Source: the human T2T-CHM13v2.0 reference genome, Homo sapiens. Taken from it: DNA of 64,000 bases. Position numbers and translations under genes: made by a program. Each line of letters begins with the position of its first letter. The first letter of the stretch is position 1. The DNA is taken from the NCBI RefSeq assembly GCF_009914755.1, contig NC_060929.1; one strand, given 5' to 3'. Under the pieces are notes generated by a model that did no database searches, was not told where the DNA came from, and saw only the letters and a program-made list of their open reading frames with translations. Shown in pieces: positions 26,351-37,241 of the stretch.

Positions 26351-28184
26351 AGCTTTGTCTATTCGATTTAATTTATAACTTCTATTATTATTGTTATTTT
26401 CCTACTGTTATTTTTCTTCAATTGCTTCTCATTATCAGCACCTGTTTATTGTGCTTGTCTTTGCATCCATTCACCTCTCTTCTCAGTGTTCAATGCCTTC
26501 CCTTCCCTTATCCCATGATAAGGCCACTCACAGGGAACCTAAATTATTAAAAGTTATTCCTAGAAAATTTTAGTAACAATGGAGAAATGTTAGCCTCTAG
26601 GCGAGTCTTAGTGGATTTCCCTTTACACTAGTGAAACATAATTTTAGATTATTTTAGTAATACTTTTATGGAATGTTTCCCATTTTCTAAATCTCACTTC
26701 TTGTGGTCTTTTGAGAATTCAGGTAAATTTCAAGGTAAAAATTATAAAGGAAAATATGAGCCCCTAGATATTCCAAACTAGGATGAAATCTCACACAGCA
26801 TCTTCCAACAAGTTGTAAATATAGTAAGATTTTTAAAACTGAGACCACTACGGATAATAATATCTCTATGCATTTATTATAATCATAATGAATTGAAGCT
26901 AAATTATCAAACTTTTTGAAAATGCATTCTAGATATTATTTTATTAAGAGGAGAATATTCACACTTTTTTTATGTGTGTTTTTGGAGTCTTTTTAAAAAA
27001 CAGTTGCATTTAATGGCGATCTTTCCCATCCCTTAAGTGTTCAATTGTTACTGTATTTGATAAGTTGGTGTTGAGAAGACTTTTATTCTTTTTACCTCAG
27101 CAATGTGTGAGAAATACTATTTGTTTAGTCAAGACAGTTTCAACTTGGCTGTTTTCCTTGACTCTGATTCCACTTTAAGATGTGTGCTCCAGTTTATGGG
27201 CAACATGCTTGCATATTTCTTACAGATGGACTAAACTTGGGAGCTTATCAATAGTTTGGACTTGGAAGTACAGTAGTTCTAATGGGAAAACCTTGCTTTG
27301 CTGAACCGTTAATGCTCAAGGTTTAAGTGTGAAAGCCCAGCTGTGCTTAATCCACTCCCCATTGCAATTTCCAACAGAAGCTTGGAACATGCTCAAAGTC
27401 AGGAGCTAAGCGGAGGCAGGGATCTAGTGACTTAAGAGGCTGAAGAGATTTTCTCTCTCTGAGTCAAAATTTTTCTCCAGACTTGTGGGATTTGACACTG
27501 GAGTGTAGCATTCCAATCTCTGTTTAATACAGGGACTTTGAGTGTATCCACATTCTCTTAGTTCTGCTTCCTTCTTACCATGTATGACAATGAATTCTAT
27601 CTGATGGGACCCCAGGCACATTGCCTGATCACCCTCCTCAAATAATGCTTGACAGTTCAGTTCTCTGGAGTTTGCATTCAGATCTGTTTTACATCAAAAT
27701 GCATTTCTCTGACATGTGTAATCCTCTCTAAGCTTGAGAAGAGAGCTTGGTTTCTGTTCTTCTCCCTAGGATTTCTTTCTGTGCATGTGAGGGGATGGGA
27801 GATATAATGTATCTTACTCTGAAGATGAGAATTGGAGAAATATTGAGGAGACTAAACAATGTTATTAGGAGGCAGGAATAAAAGTAAAGAAAAAGTGATA
27901 TAGGAAGGTAAGTGGAGAAAATAAATTTAAATATAGAAACAGTATAGAAAAGGAAATAAAATTTCCTCACTGCTGTGGTTAAGTGTAGGTCCTAATAAAA
28001 GGGGTAAAATTGGCTGCAATTTTTTGTTGAAATCTCAACTTGTTTATAAAACACAAACTCATCAAAAAATAGTGAAGATGTTCTGTGTAAATAAAGGGAA
28101 AAGTGTATACCTCTCTTCCTCTTTCCCCAACCCTATCCTTATTCCACTTCCAGAGGTGAGCGATGTTAATATGATGTATGTTCT

Positions 28185-28364
28185 TTTTTTTTTTAATTTT
28201 ATTATTATTATACTTTAAGTTTTAGGGTACACGTGCACAACGTGCAGGTTTGTTACATATGTATACATGTGCCATGTTGGTGTGTTGCACCCATTAACTC
28301 GTCATTTAGCATTAGGTATATCGCCTAATGCTATCCCTCCCCCCTCCCCCCACCACACAACAGG
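28185..28364 (-). mobile_element. Young 5'-truncated L1PA 3' end (~180 bp)
   Basis: T-tail plus ttatactttaagttttagggtaca...cattaactcgtcatttagcattaggtat...ccctccccccacc. Confidence 0.95.
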
Positions 28365-28406
28365 TGAGTGAAAGAACATACATCATCTTTCACTCACCTG
28401 TTGTGT
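28355..28406. repeat. Perfect 21-bp inverted repeat with 10-nt loop
   Basis: acacaacaggtgagtgaaaga (28355-28375) / tctttcactcacctgttgtgt (28386-28406). Confidence 0.97.
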
Positions 28407-28568
28407 TATTTGGGTGAGCCACTGAACTCCTTTAAGCCTTACTTTTCATATCTGTAAACTGGGGATAGCACTAGTTACTTATAGCATTGTTGAGAGGATT
28501 AAAATAGGTAAGTCATTTGTATAAATATGTATGGCACAAAGTAAGAGCTCAATGAATGTTGGATATTA
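28388..28568 (+). mobile_element. MIR
   Basis: ttttcatatctgtaaactggggatagc...ttgttgagaggattaaa...ggcacaaagtaagagctcaatgaatgtt. Confidence 0.8.
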
Positions 28569-28964
28569 TTTTTCCAGGCACATATAAGTTTATGTATTTT
28601 ATAACAAATGAAATGGTCCTCATTATGCATACTGTGATGTAAATTACTATCTTTAAAGATATGCTGGAAACATTTAAAAATATTTATATATATCTTATTT
28701 TATTTAAATGCATGCATAAGATCACATCATAGTTAACAATGTTTTATTTTGGCTTGCTTTCTGTCTTCATGCCTTCTCTATCCATATTACCTATCTTGAG
28801 GAAATCCACATAAAGGCTTAGTAGGTATGTGTCTATATTTTCCTTCAAGCTCATATAATCATAGACAAAAACACATATGCATATTCATAGAATTTTGTCA
28901 TTGATTTATAAAAATAAGATTATAGTACACAAATATATTTTTACAATATTTGCAAATTATAAAA

Positions 28965-29436
28965 TATCTTTTCCTGACCCTTCCTTTACTAATAGAGGCT
29001 GGAAAGCTTAACATTTGAAGTCACAGCGAATGTCTTTGGTGCTGAGTGGTAGGGTAGGCAAATGTCCCTGTGCTGGTCAACTATACCCAAGAGGAAATCT
29101 ATTGCAAGGATTTCTAGGAAAGTTTTCTTTCTTAATAAATGGGATAAATTTGGCTGTTGTTGTTGTTTTCCCTTGATCCATCTTGGAAAGTGGAAATAAA
29201 ACCTGAAATGACAATATCATCTTTGGACCATGATGGGACACATGTGAGGATAAAAGCTGTAATGTTAATGGTGGCATGATGGAAATATCAGGCTGAGTGC
29301 CTGATAGCATTTTCAGTGGCTGAATTAATACCAGCAACTGCTGACCTTGGGATTTCCAAAATAAACCCCAATTTGCTTAAACCATGATCAGTGAGTTTTC
29401 TTTTCTTTACAGTCAAACACATTCTCGACTGATATG
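28965..29436 (+). mobile_element. Old MaLR LTR (MLT1J/K-like)
   Basis: aataaaccccaatttgcttaaacc...cagtcaaacacattctcgactgata terminus. Confidence 0.65.
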
Positions 29437-30095
29437 CAGACTTTTCTGGATCTCGTTTTCGTCAGTGAAATCTTGTTGAAGTTCTAATTGATTACTTATC
29501 ATGGTAGCATACTATTTTATGGTGTGAATGGTTACAATTTTGCCAGCCTTTCCTCAATTGGTGAATGTTTTTTGTTCAGTGTTTTTTTATCTTTTTTCCC
29601 CCCACTTCAAACAATGTTGCATCAAATATCATTAAAAATATATCTTTATGTAGTGAAACTTTTATTTTTATGGAACAAATTCCCAAGAGTAGAATTACTG
29701 AGTCAAGAGTATATATATTTTTAATTGTAATAAATGTTTCTAGAATGTATTCCAAAAAACAGGAATAATTTACATTTTATCAGAAGTGTGCAAGAATAAA
29801 CTTTTCCTTCCCAAGTCTACACTAGCAAGAATTGTTATTGGTCTTTTGCCAGTCTAATGTTTGTAAAATCATAACTCATTGTTGGATTAGTTGTTCACAC
29901 GTTCCTGACTGGTAGAGATTTTAAGCCTTTTTCTACATTCTATTGGCTATTTGGATTTGTCCTTTGTGAATTCCTATTCACAATCTCACATACTTTTCTC
30001 TTGGTAATTTTCCGTCTTGTCAATGTAAAAGAGATTAAAAATACATTACAGGCACCCATTTTCACTTTTCAGCACTGGAATTTGATTATAGTGTT

Positions 30096-30448
30096 TGCTA
30101 TGGACTGAATGTTTTCATCCGTCCAGATTCCTAGGTTGAAACCAAATCTCTAAGGTGGTGATATTGGAAGATGAGCCCTTTGGGAAGGTATCAAGTCCCA
30201 TTAAGAATGGGATTTGTTCCCTTATAAAAGAGAACCCAGAGAGCTTGTTCATCCCTTCCACCATGTGATTATACAGTGAAAACATGGCCCTCTGTGAACT
30301 AGGACGTAGGCCTTCACCAAACACCAAATCCACCAGTGCCGTGATCTTGGTCTTCCCAGCCTCCAGAACTGTAAGAAATAAATTTCTGTTGTTTATAAGG
30401 CACCCAGTCTCTGGTATTCTGTTATAGTAGCCTGAATGGACTAAGACA
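30096..30448 (+). mobile_element. MLT1A-like MaLR solo LTR
   Basis: tgctatggactgaatg...cctccagaactgtaagaaataaatttctgttgtttataag...ggactaagaca. Confidence 0.85.
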
Positions 30449-30659
30449 ATGTCTTTTGCTATAAATGTTTGAACTTTTATATGGCTAGAAATGGTTTTCA
30501 GAACACTTTATTTTCTAGTTTTAGATAAAGGAATCTGCTTTACCATGAGAATATGTATGAAGTCACCTACTTTTTCTTGCAGAATTTGTTTTTCTTTTTT
30601 CCCCCTCTGTTATATCTTTACCTTGTAATTGTAAATTAGAAGTTCATTTTGTATATGTA

Positions 30660-31178
30660 TTTTATTAATTTCTTCACAAAAACCCAACTCCTGGATTCGT
30701 TGATCTTTTGAATGGCTTTGTGTGTCTCGATTTCTTTCAGTTCAGCTCTGGTTTTTGTTATTTTTCATTTTCTGCTAGCTTTGGGGTTGATGTGCTCTTG
30801 CTTTTCAAATTCTTTCAGTTGTGAAGTTGTGAATTTGAGATCTTTCTAACTTTTTGATGTGGGCATTTAGTGCTATGAATTTCCCTTTTAACACCACCTT
30901 AGCTGTGTCCCAGAGATTCTGGTATGTTGTATCTTTGTTTCATTATTTTCAAAGGACTTTGTGATTTCTGCCTTAATTTCATTATTTACCCAAAAGTCAT
31001 TCAGGAACATGCTTAATTTCCATATAATTGCATGGTTTTGAGTGATTTTTTTGTCTTGACTTCTATTTTTATTGTGTTGTGACCTGAGAGTGTTTGGTAT
31101 GATTTCAGTTCTTTTGCATTTGCTGAGAATGTTTTTATGTCCAGTTATGTGGTCGATTTTAGAGTATGTGCCATGTAG
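30660..31178 (-). mobile_element. L1PA/PB ORF2 internal fragment
   Basis: gctgtgtcccagagattctggtatgttgt...ttacccaaaagtcattcagga. Confidence 0.85.
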
Positions 31179-31287
31179 ATCCTTTAAATCAGATCCTTTA
31201 ATTCAGAATTTGTTTGTTATCTGTGTTGATTGTTTTGTTTGTTGAAGAATGTTCTCTTGGATGAAAATATCCCATTTTGTTTATCTA

Positions 31288-31738
31288 TTATGAACCCCAA
31301 ATATCTGAGACAGGTCTCAGTTAATTTAGAAAGTTTATTTTGCCAAGGTTGATGATGTGTGCCTGTGACTTAGCTTCAGGAGGTCCTAACAACATGTGTC
31401 CAAGGTGGTCAGAGCACAGCTTGGTTTTATACATTTTAGGGAAACATGAGACATCAATCAACATATGCAAGATGAACATTGGGTCGGTCTGGAAAGACAG
31501 GACAACTGGAAGCAGGGGTGGGGCTTCCAGGTCACAGGTAGGTGAGAGACAAATGGTTGCATACTTTGAGTTTCTGATTAGCCTTTCCAACGGAGGCAAT
31601 CAGATGTGCATTTATCTCAGTGAGCAGAAAGATGACTAAATAGAATGGGAAGGCAGGTTTGCCTTATGTAGTTCCCATCTTGACTTTTCCCTTTAGCTTA
31701 GTGATTTTGGGGCCCTAAGATTTATTTTCTTTTCACAA
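31288..31738 (-). mobile_element. MER4A-like ERV1 solo LTR
   Basis: atctgagacaggtctcagttaatttagaaagtttattttgccaagg...agatttattttctttcaca. Confidence 0.8.
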
Positions 31739-32384
31739 TATGGATCTGTTGAGAGACATTTTAATTATCTCCAATGATTAGCAATTACAAATAAATTGGC
31801 TATGAACATTTATGTATGATGTTTTGTGTAAATATATTTTTAATTCTGTTAACTATTTAGAAGTAGAATGGTTGGGCAGTACAGTAAGTTTATGTTTAAC
31901 TTTTAGGAGACTGCCAAACTGATATCCAAGTGGTTGTACTATTTTATGTTCCTACCAGCTGTGTTGTAAGAGTTCTATTTGTTCTACATCCTCACCATTG
32001 CATGCTATTTTCAGGCTTTTTAATTTTAGCTATTCTAATGGTTAATGCTATTCCAGCTCCCTTGCCTGCTTTGTGTTTCTGCCAAATACAAGTGGTAGTG
32101 GCTGACTCTCTTACTATGGCAAGCTCCAAATGAATAGGCTTTGGTTGTTCTCATTTGAGTAGTCTTCATCATTTATTTAGAATTTTCATTAATTATTACA
32201 AAGTGTTTGCATTTCTGTATAAATTTTAAAATCCATTTTTCTATTTCTATGGAAATCCTGTTTAAATTTTGATTAGAAATTCATTAAAGTTATAGATTTT
32301 CTGTCTTTTTAAAAATTTTTAAATTTTTACCTTTCTTCCATTTCTGAGGCTCCTTTTATTTGTGTTTCAAATGCAAATATTTTC

Positions 32385-35300
32385 CACATATATGCTTACA
32401 ATTTTTATATCCCCCTTGATGAATTGACCGCTTTATAGTTATATAAGCACCTTATATCTTTTTATAGTTTTTGTCTTCAAATCTACTTTGTCTGATAAGT
32501 AGATATACTGCTTTTTTTTCGGTTTCCATTTGCTTGAATTGTCTTTTTCCATTTCTTTATTTTTAGCCCATCTGTGTCTTCATACATGAAGTAAATTTCC
32601 TGTAGGTAGCATATAGTTGGGTCTTGTGTGTGTGTGTGTTTTATTCAGACTCTTCATGTCTTTTGATTAGATAATTTATAATTTACCCCATTTCTATTCA
32701 GTGTTATTATTGATAGTCAAGGACTTGCTACTGCCATTTTATTTGTTTTCTGGTTGTTTTGTTGATCCTCTCTTTCTTTTATCCTTTCCTCCTGACTTCC
32801 TTTGTATAAAAGTAATTTTTTTCTGACAGTATGTTTTAATTTCTTGCTTTTTATTTTGTGTGTATTATATGTTTTTGTTTTGTGGTTAATGTGAAGCTTG
32901 CAAATAACATCTTATAATCAATTATTTTAAACTGATGACAACTCTGATTACAAAGAATAGAAAAAACAAGCAAATAAAGAAAAAACTAAGAAAAAAGAAA
33001 CTCTAAAATTAGGACTCAACTGTCGAGGAGGGAGGCAGTTAGCGGGCTTTAGCTCCTTTTCTGGAGGGGGTAGATATGAAGCGGTTTAAAGGATTGGACC
33101 AAAAGAAGAGGAAACTCTACCAGTGCAAGAGCCAAGGGATCAGTTGTCCTTGTTTTTTTTTTTTTGGTCTTGCCTTCATTTGAAGATTAAGTATTGGAGC
33201 CATGGGAATAAAGATTCAATGTCCTCGATTTTTTTTTTTTTGACATTGCCATTAACAACCTGCTGGAAGAGTTGTCTTTGAATTATTTTCTGATGTGTGC
33301 CCCAAAACACGTGAGAAGTTTAGTTGTCTTTGTACAGGTGAAAGGGGGACAGGGAAATCAACTCAGAGCCATTACATTGTAAGAGTTGTCTCTTTCAGAG
33401 TTGTCAAGGATTTTATGGTTTAAGGTGCTGACTTCAGTGAAGGAAATGGACGAGGAGGGGAATCTATCTAAGAAGAATTTTTTGAAGATGAGAATTTTGC
33501 TGTTAAAAACAACAAAGAATTTCTCTTGTCAATGGCCAACAGAAGGAAGGATACAAATGGTTTACAGTTCTTCATAACAATGAAACCAACTCTTCATTTA
33601 GATGGGCATCATGTTGTTTTTGGGCAAGTAATCTCTAGCCAAGAAGTTGTGAGAGAGATAGAAAACCACAAGATGGATGCCGCTAGCAAAGCATTTACAG
33701 AGGTACAGATACTCAGTTGTGGAGAGCTGATTCCCAAATCTAAAGTTAAGAAAGAAGAAAAGAAAATGTATAAATCATCATCATCTTCCTCCTCATGATC
33801 TAGTGACTAAGATAGCTCAAATGATTCTCAGTTCTCACCTGATTCCTGTGATTCCGAAAATGCTTCTGAAGAGAAATCAAAGAAAAGAGGAAAAAACTTA
33901 GGAAAAATTCCCAAAAACACAAGAAGGAAAAGAAGAAGTGAAAGAAAAGCAAGAAGAGTGAATCTAGTAAGAGTGAAGCTGAAAATCTTAGAGCACAACC
34001 CCAGTCTACTGTCCATCCAGAAAAGATCCCTCCTATACCTGAAAATAGATTTCCTGATGAGAAAAAGTCCTCCTATAGCTGATGCAATGGAAAGGAAAAG
34101 CCAGAGAGAGAGAGAAAAAGAGAAAGAGAATGTAATCTATCTAACTCCCAGCCTGCTTCATACCAGAGACGACTTTTAGTTACTAGATCTGGCAGGAGAA
34201 TTAAAGGAAGAGGATCAAGGTGCTATCAAACTCCTTCCAGATCCAGATCAAGGGATTGTTTCAGACTTAGTGAGACTCCTGCACATTGGAGGCAAGAGAT
34301 GCCGAGAGCTCAAAGGATGAGGGTATCAAGTGGTGAAAGATGGATCAAAGGGGATAAGAGTGAGTTGAATGAAATAAAAGAAAATCAGAGAAGTCTAGTT
34401 AGAGTAAAAGAGAGAAAAATAACTAACCACAGGAATGTATCTGAGAGTCCAAACAGAAAAAATGAAAAGGAAAAGAAAGTTAAAGACTGTAAATCTAACA
34501 GCAAAGAGAGACATCTGAAGAAATTCAAAAAAAGATGATAAATACAATACGAACAAAGTGAAGAAAAGGGCCAAATCTAAAATTAAGAGTAAGAGCAAAA
34601 AGAAATCAAAGAGTAAAGAAGGAGATTCAAGACATAATAGACATGAAGAAAAGAGGATGAGGTCAAGGAGCAAAGGAAGGGATCATGAGAATGTTAAAGA
34701 AAAAGAAAAGGAGCTTGATTCAAAAGGAAACGATCAGGAAAGGGGTAGAAGTAAAGAGAAGTCTAAACAGTTAGAATCAAAGAGTAATGAGCATGATCAT
34801 AGTAAAACTAAGGAAAAGGATAGATGTGCACAATCCAGGAGTAGAGAATGTGATATAACTGAAGGTAAACACAGTTATAATAGCAGAACAGAACAGCAAA
34901 GCAGAAGTAGGGACAGAAGCAGAAGAGTGTGATCAAGAAGCCATGACAGAGATTGCAGCAGAAGCAAGGAGCACCATAGATACAGAGGAAAGGAATACAG
35001 GAGGAGAGGACAGTCACAAAGCCGAGGGAGAAGAACACCACCAGGAAGATCAAGAAGTAGAGATAGGGGTAGAAGGAGGAGAGACTCACGGAGCTCAGAG
35101 ACAGAAGAAAGTAAAAACAGAAACAAAGAAAAACACAGAAACCAAGAAAGTAAGAGTTCACACAGAAAGAAAATTCTGAGAGTGAGAAAAGAATGTACTG
35201 TAAAAGTCATGATCATAATAGCTCAAATAATAGCAGGGGAAAAAAAGGCTGATATAGATAAAAGTCTCTTCTCAAAAATAAAACAAAGCAGTCAGAACAA

Positions 35301-35765
35301 TGAATTAAAGTCCTCCACATTGAAAAATAAGGAGGATGAGAAGATCAGATCCTCAGTGGAAAAAGAAAACCAAGAATCAAAGGGTCAAGAAAGTGACCAT
35401 GTACGTGAAAGAAAAAAAATTTGATTATGAATCAAGCCCTGAAACATATGAAGACAAAAGTGGATGAGTGAGTTATATAAACTTATTTCCGTTCTGTTTT
35501 GAATTTTAAGTTTGAGAGACTTGCTAGTGAATCTTCTTTATGTTGTTTTCCTTTTCATTGTTTTTGGGTTGTTTTATGCTTGCCCCTTTTTTTAAAATGT
35601 GGATTTCATTGAGTTGATCTTTTGATAATCTGCAATCTGGATAACTCGTGCTGCTAAAGTTTTAATAAACTTGAAATGCGAAAAACAAAAAAAAACAAAA
35701 CAAAAAACTCTACAATTTAACTCCATCCCTCTCAATTTTTGAATTGTTGTTGTCTCTATTTATAT
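32385..35765 (-). mobile_element. L1MA-type fragment (ORF2 start/inter-ORF), split by the PPIG retrocopy
   Basis: gatgaattgacc...ggtttccatttgcttgaat; sequence continues after the pseudogene as ctctacaatttaactccatccc. Confidence 0.7.
33012..35707 (+). pseudogene. PPIG pseudogene: Full-length processed pseudogene of PPIG (peptidyl-prolyl isomerase G / SR-cyclophilin)
   Basis: ATG 33202 (MGIKIQ..; [37 protein letters not shown]), RS/K-rich region, C-terminus EDKSG-TGA 35465-35467; intronless; many stops and frameshifts (e.g. TAA 33421); AATAAA 35664-35669; A-tail; TSD aaactcta(a/c)aatt at 32998-33010 and 35705-35717. Confidence 0.97.
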
Positions 35766-35767
35766 CT

Positions 35768-36449
35768 ATCATATGATCTAGCAATCCCACTGCTGCATAT
35801 ATACCCAAAAGAAAGAAAACTGGGATATCAAAGAGATACATGCACACCCATGTTTATTGCAGTACTATTCACAATAGCCAAGATATGGAATCAACCTGTG
35901 TGTCCATTAACAGATGAATGGATAAAGAAAATGTGGTACATACCCACAATGGAATATTATTGAGCCATAAAAAATGAAATCCTGTCATTTGCAGCAACAT
36001 GGATAGATCTGGAGAACCTTATGTTAAGTGAAATAAGAAAGGTGCAGAAAGACAACTTTGTGTGTTCTCACTCAAATGTGGGAGCTAAAAAAGAAATTCA
36101 ACTCATGGAGATAGAGAGAAGAATTATGGTTACCAAAGGCTAGAAAGGTAATAGGGAGAGGTGGGTAAAGAGGGAATGGCTAAAGTGTACAAAAATAGAC
36201 TCAAATAGAATAAGATCTAGTTTTAGGTAGCACAATAGATCTTATTGTTAAAAATATTTTACTGTACACTTCAAAATAACTAAAAGAGTGGGACTGAAAT
36301 GTTATTAACACTAAGAAATGATAAATCCTTGAAGTGATGAATATCCTGATCATCCTGATTTTATCATTTCATATTATATGCTTGTATCAAAATATCACAT
36401 GTACTCTATAAATATGTACAACTACTATGCATCCACAATAATTAAAAAA
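35768..36449 (+). mobile_element. L1MA 3' end
   Basis: ORF 35739-35963 YDLAIPLL..YPKE..DTCTPMFIA..DEWIKKMWYI = ORF2p C-terminus; 3'UTR and A-tail. Confidence 0.9.
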
Positions 36450-37181
36450 CACATCTTCTAGAGCTCTTTTGATTTGTATGTTAAATCTCTCATAGTCCTC
36501 CTCCAATTCATTTTCATCTTTTTTGTCTTGTGATGTTTATCTTTTTATGTATTTCTTCACACTCTAAATTTTTTTAGGCCACTAAATCATGTCTCAGCAG
36601 TGATCTTGAACATCTTCTCCCCTAATTCATCTCCTAAATAGTTTAGTTGGAAACTATTTCTTTTATTTCTGGAAAGTACTCCTGAGGAATGGGAGTAGAA
36701 GCTAAAGGGGGTATACACAGATATCCCTAAGCTCTTATTTTTTTTTCTTTTCAAATTGTCATCTGTCTCTTCTAGCATCTATCAAAGGTTGGTTCTGTGT
36801 TTTGTTTGTTTTGATTGATCTTTCTGTCTCTGGCTGCTATGCTGCTCTGAGGTATTGTTAACCTGGAGTACATCTCCCTGCTTTCCTGTCTCTTGTACTC
36901 ACTCAGCCTGAAGGGTGGGAATGCTTCACTCACCTGTTAACATTTTTTCGAGGAGCCTGAGATATCTGATAGACACTAGGGCCTCTGTTTATCTGTCCCC
37001 TGGGTCCACAGATCTCTGTAAGCCAAACATTCCCAAGATCCACATTTTAGTTGAAATCCTTCTCCCAAGGCTCTCTCTCTCTTTTTTTCTTAAGAGAAGT
37101 AAATCTTTATTTCCTTGTTCTGACAGTAGTCTTAACATGTCTTTCTAGTACATAACAAAGAAAGCCTTCCCTTTTATTCTC

Positions 37182-37241
37182 CCAAAGAAGCAGTTACACT
37201 CTGGGGCTTATATATAATTTTAACAAAGGCTGATAAATTGT
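37182..37241 (+). repeat. Isolated ~60-bp copy of LTR sequence at 40015-40074
   Basis: ccaaagaagcagttacactctggggcttatatataattttaacaaaggctgataaattgt vs ccaaagaggcagttgtactctggggtttatatacaattttaacaaagggtgataagttgt. Confidence 0.8.

Larger units (their letters stand above)
29480..32310 (-). mobile_element. Degenerate L1ME fragments with nested elements
   Basis: agagtagaattactgagtcaa, agaagtagaatggttggg...actgccaaact are L1 3' ORF2 antisense motifs. Confidence 0.6.

Noticed and set aside
28355-28406. Hairpin as a miRNA precursor or terminator
   Set aside because: Fully explained as an inverted target-site copy at an L1 junction; no expression evidence.
34395-35216. Leu/Phe/Ser-rich minus-strand ORFs resembling membrane proteins
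   Set aside because: Antisense shadows of the purine-rich RS-domain sequence.
33386-35424. Several plus-strand ORFs as a functional cyclophilin/SR protein
   Set aside because: They are fragments of one PPIG pseudogene broken by stops and frameshifts.
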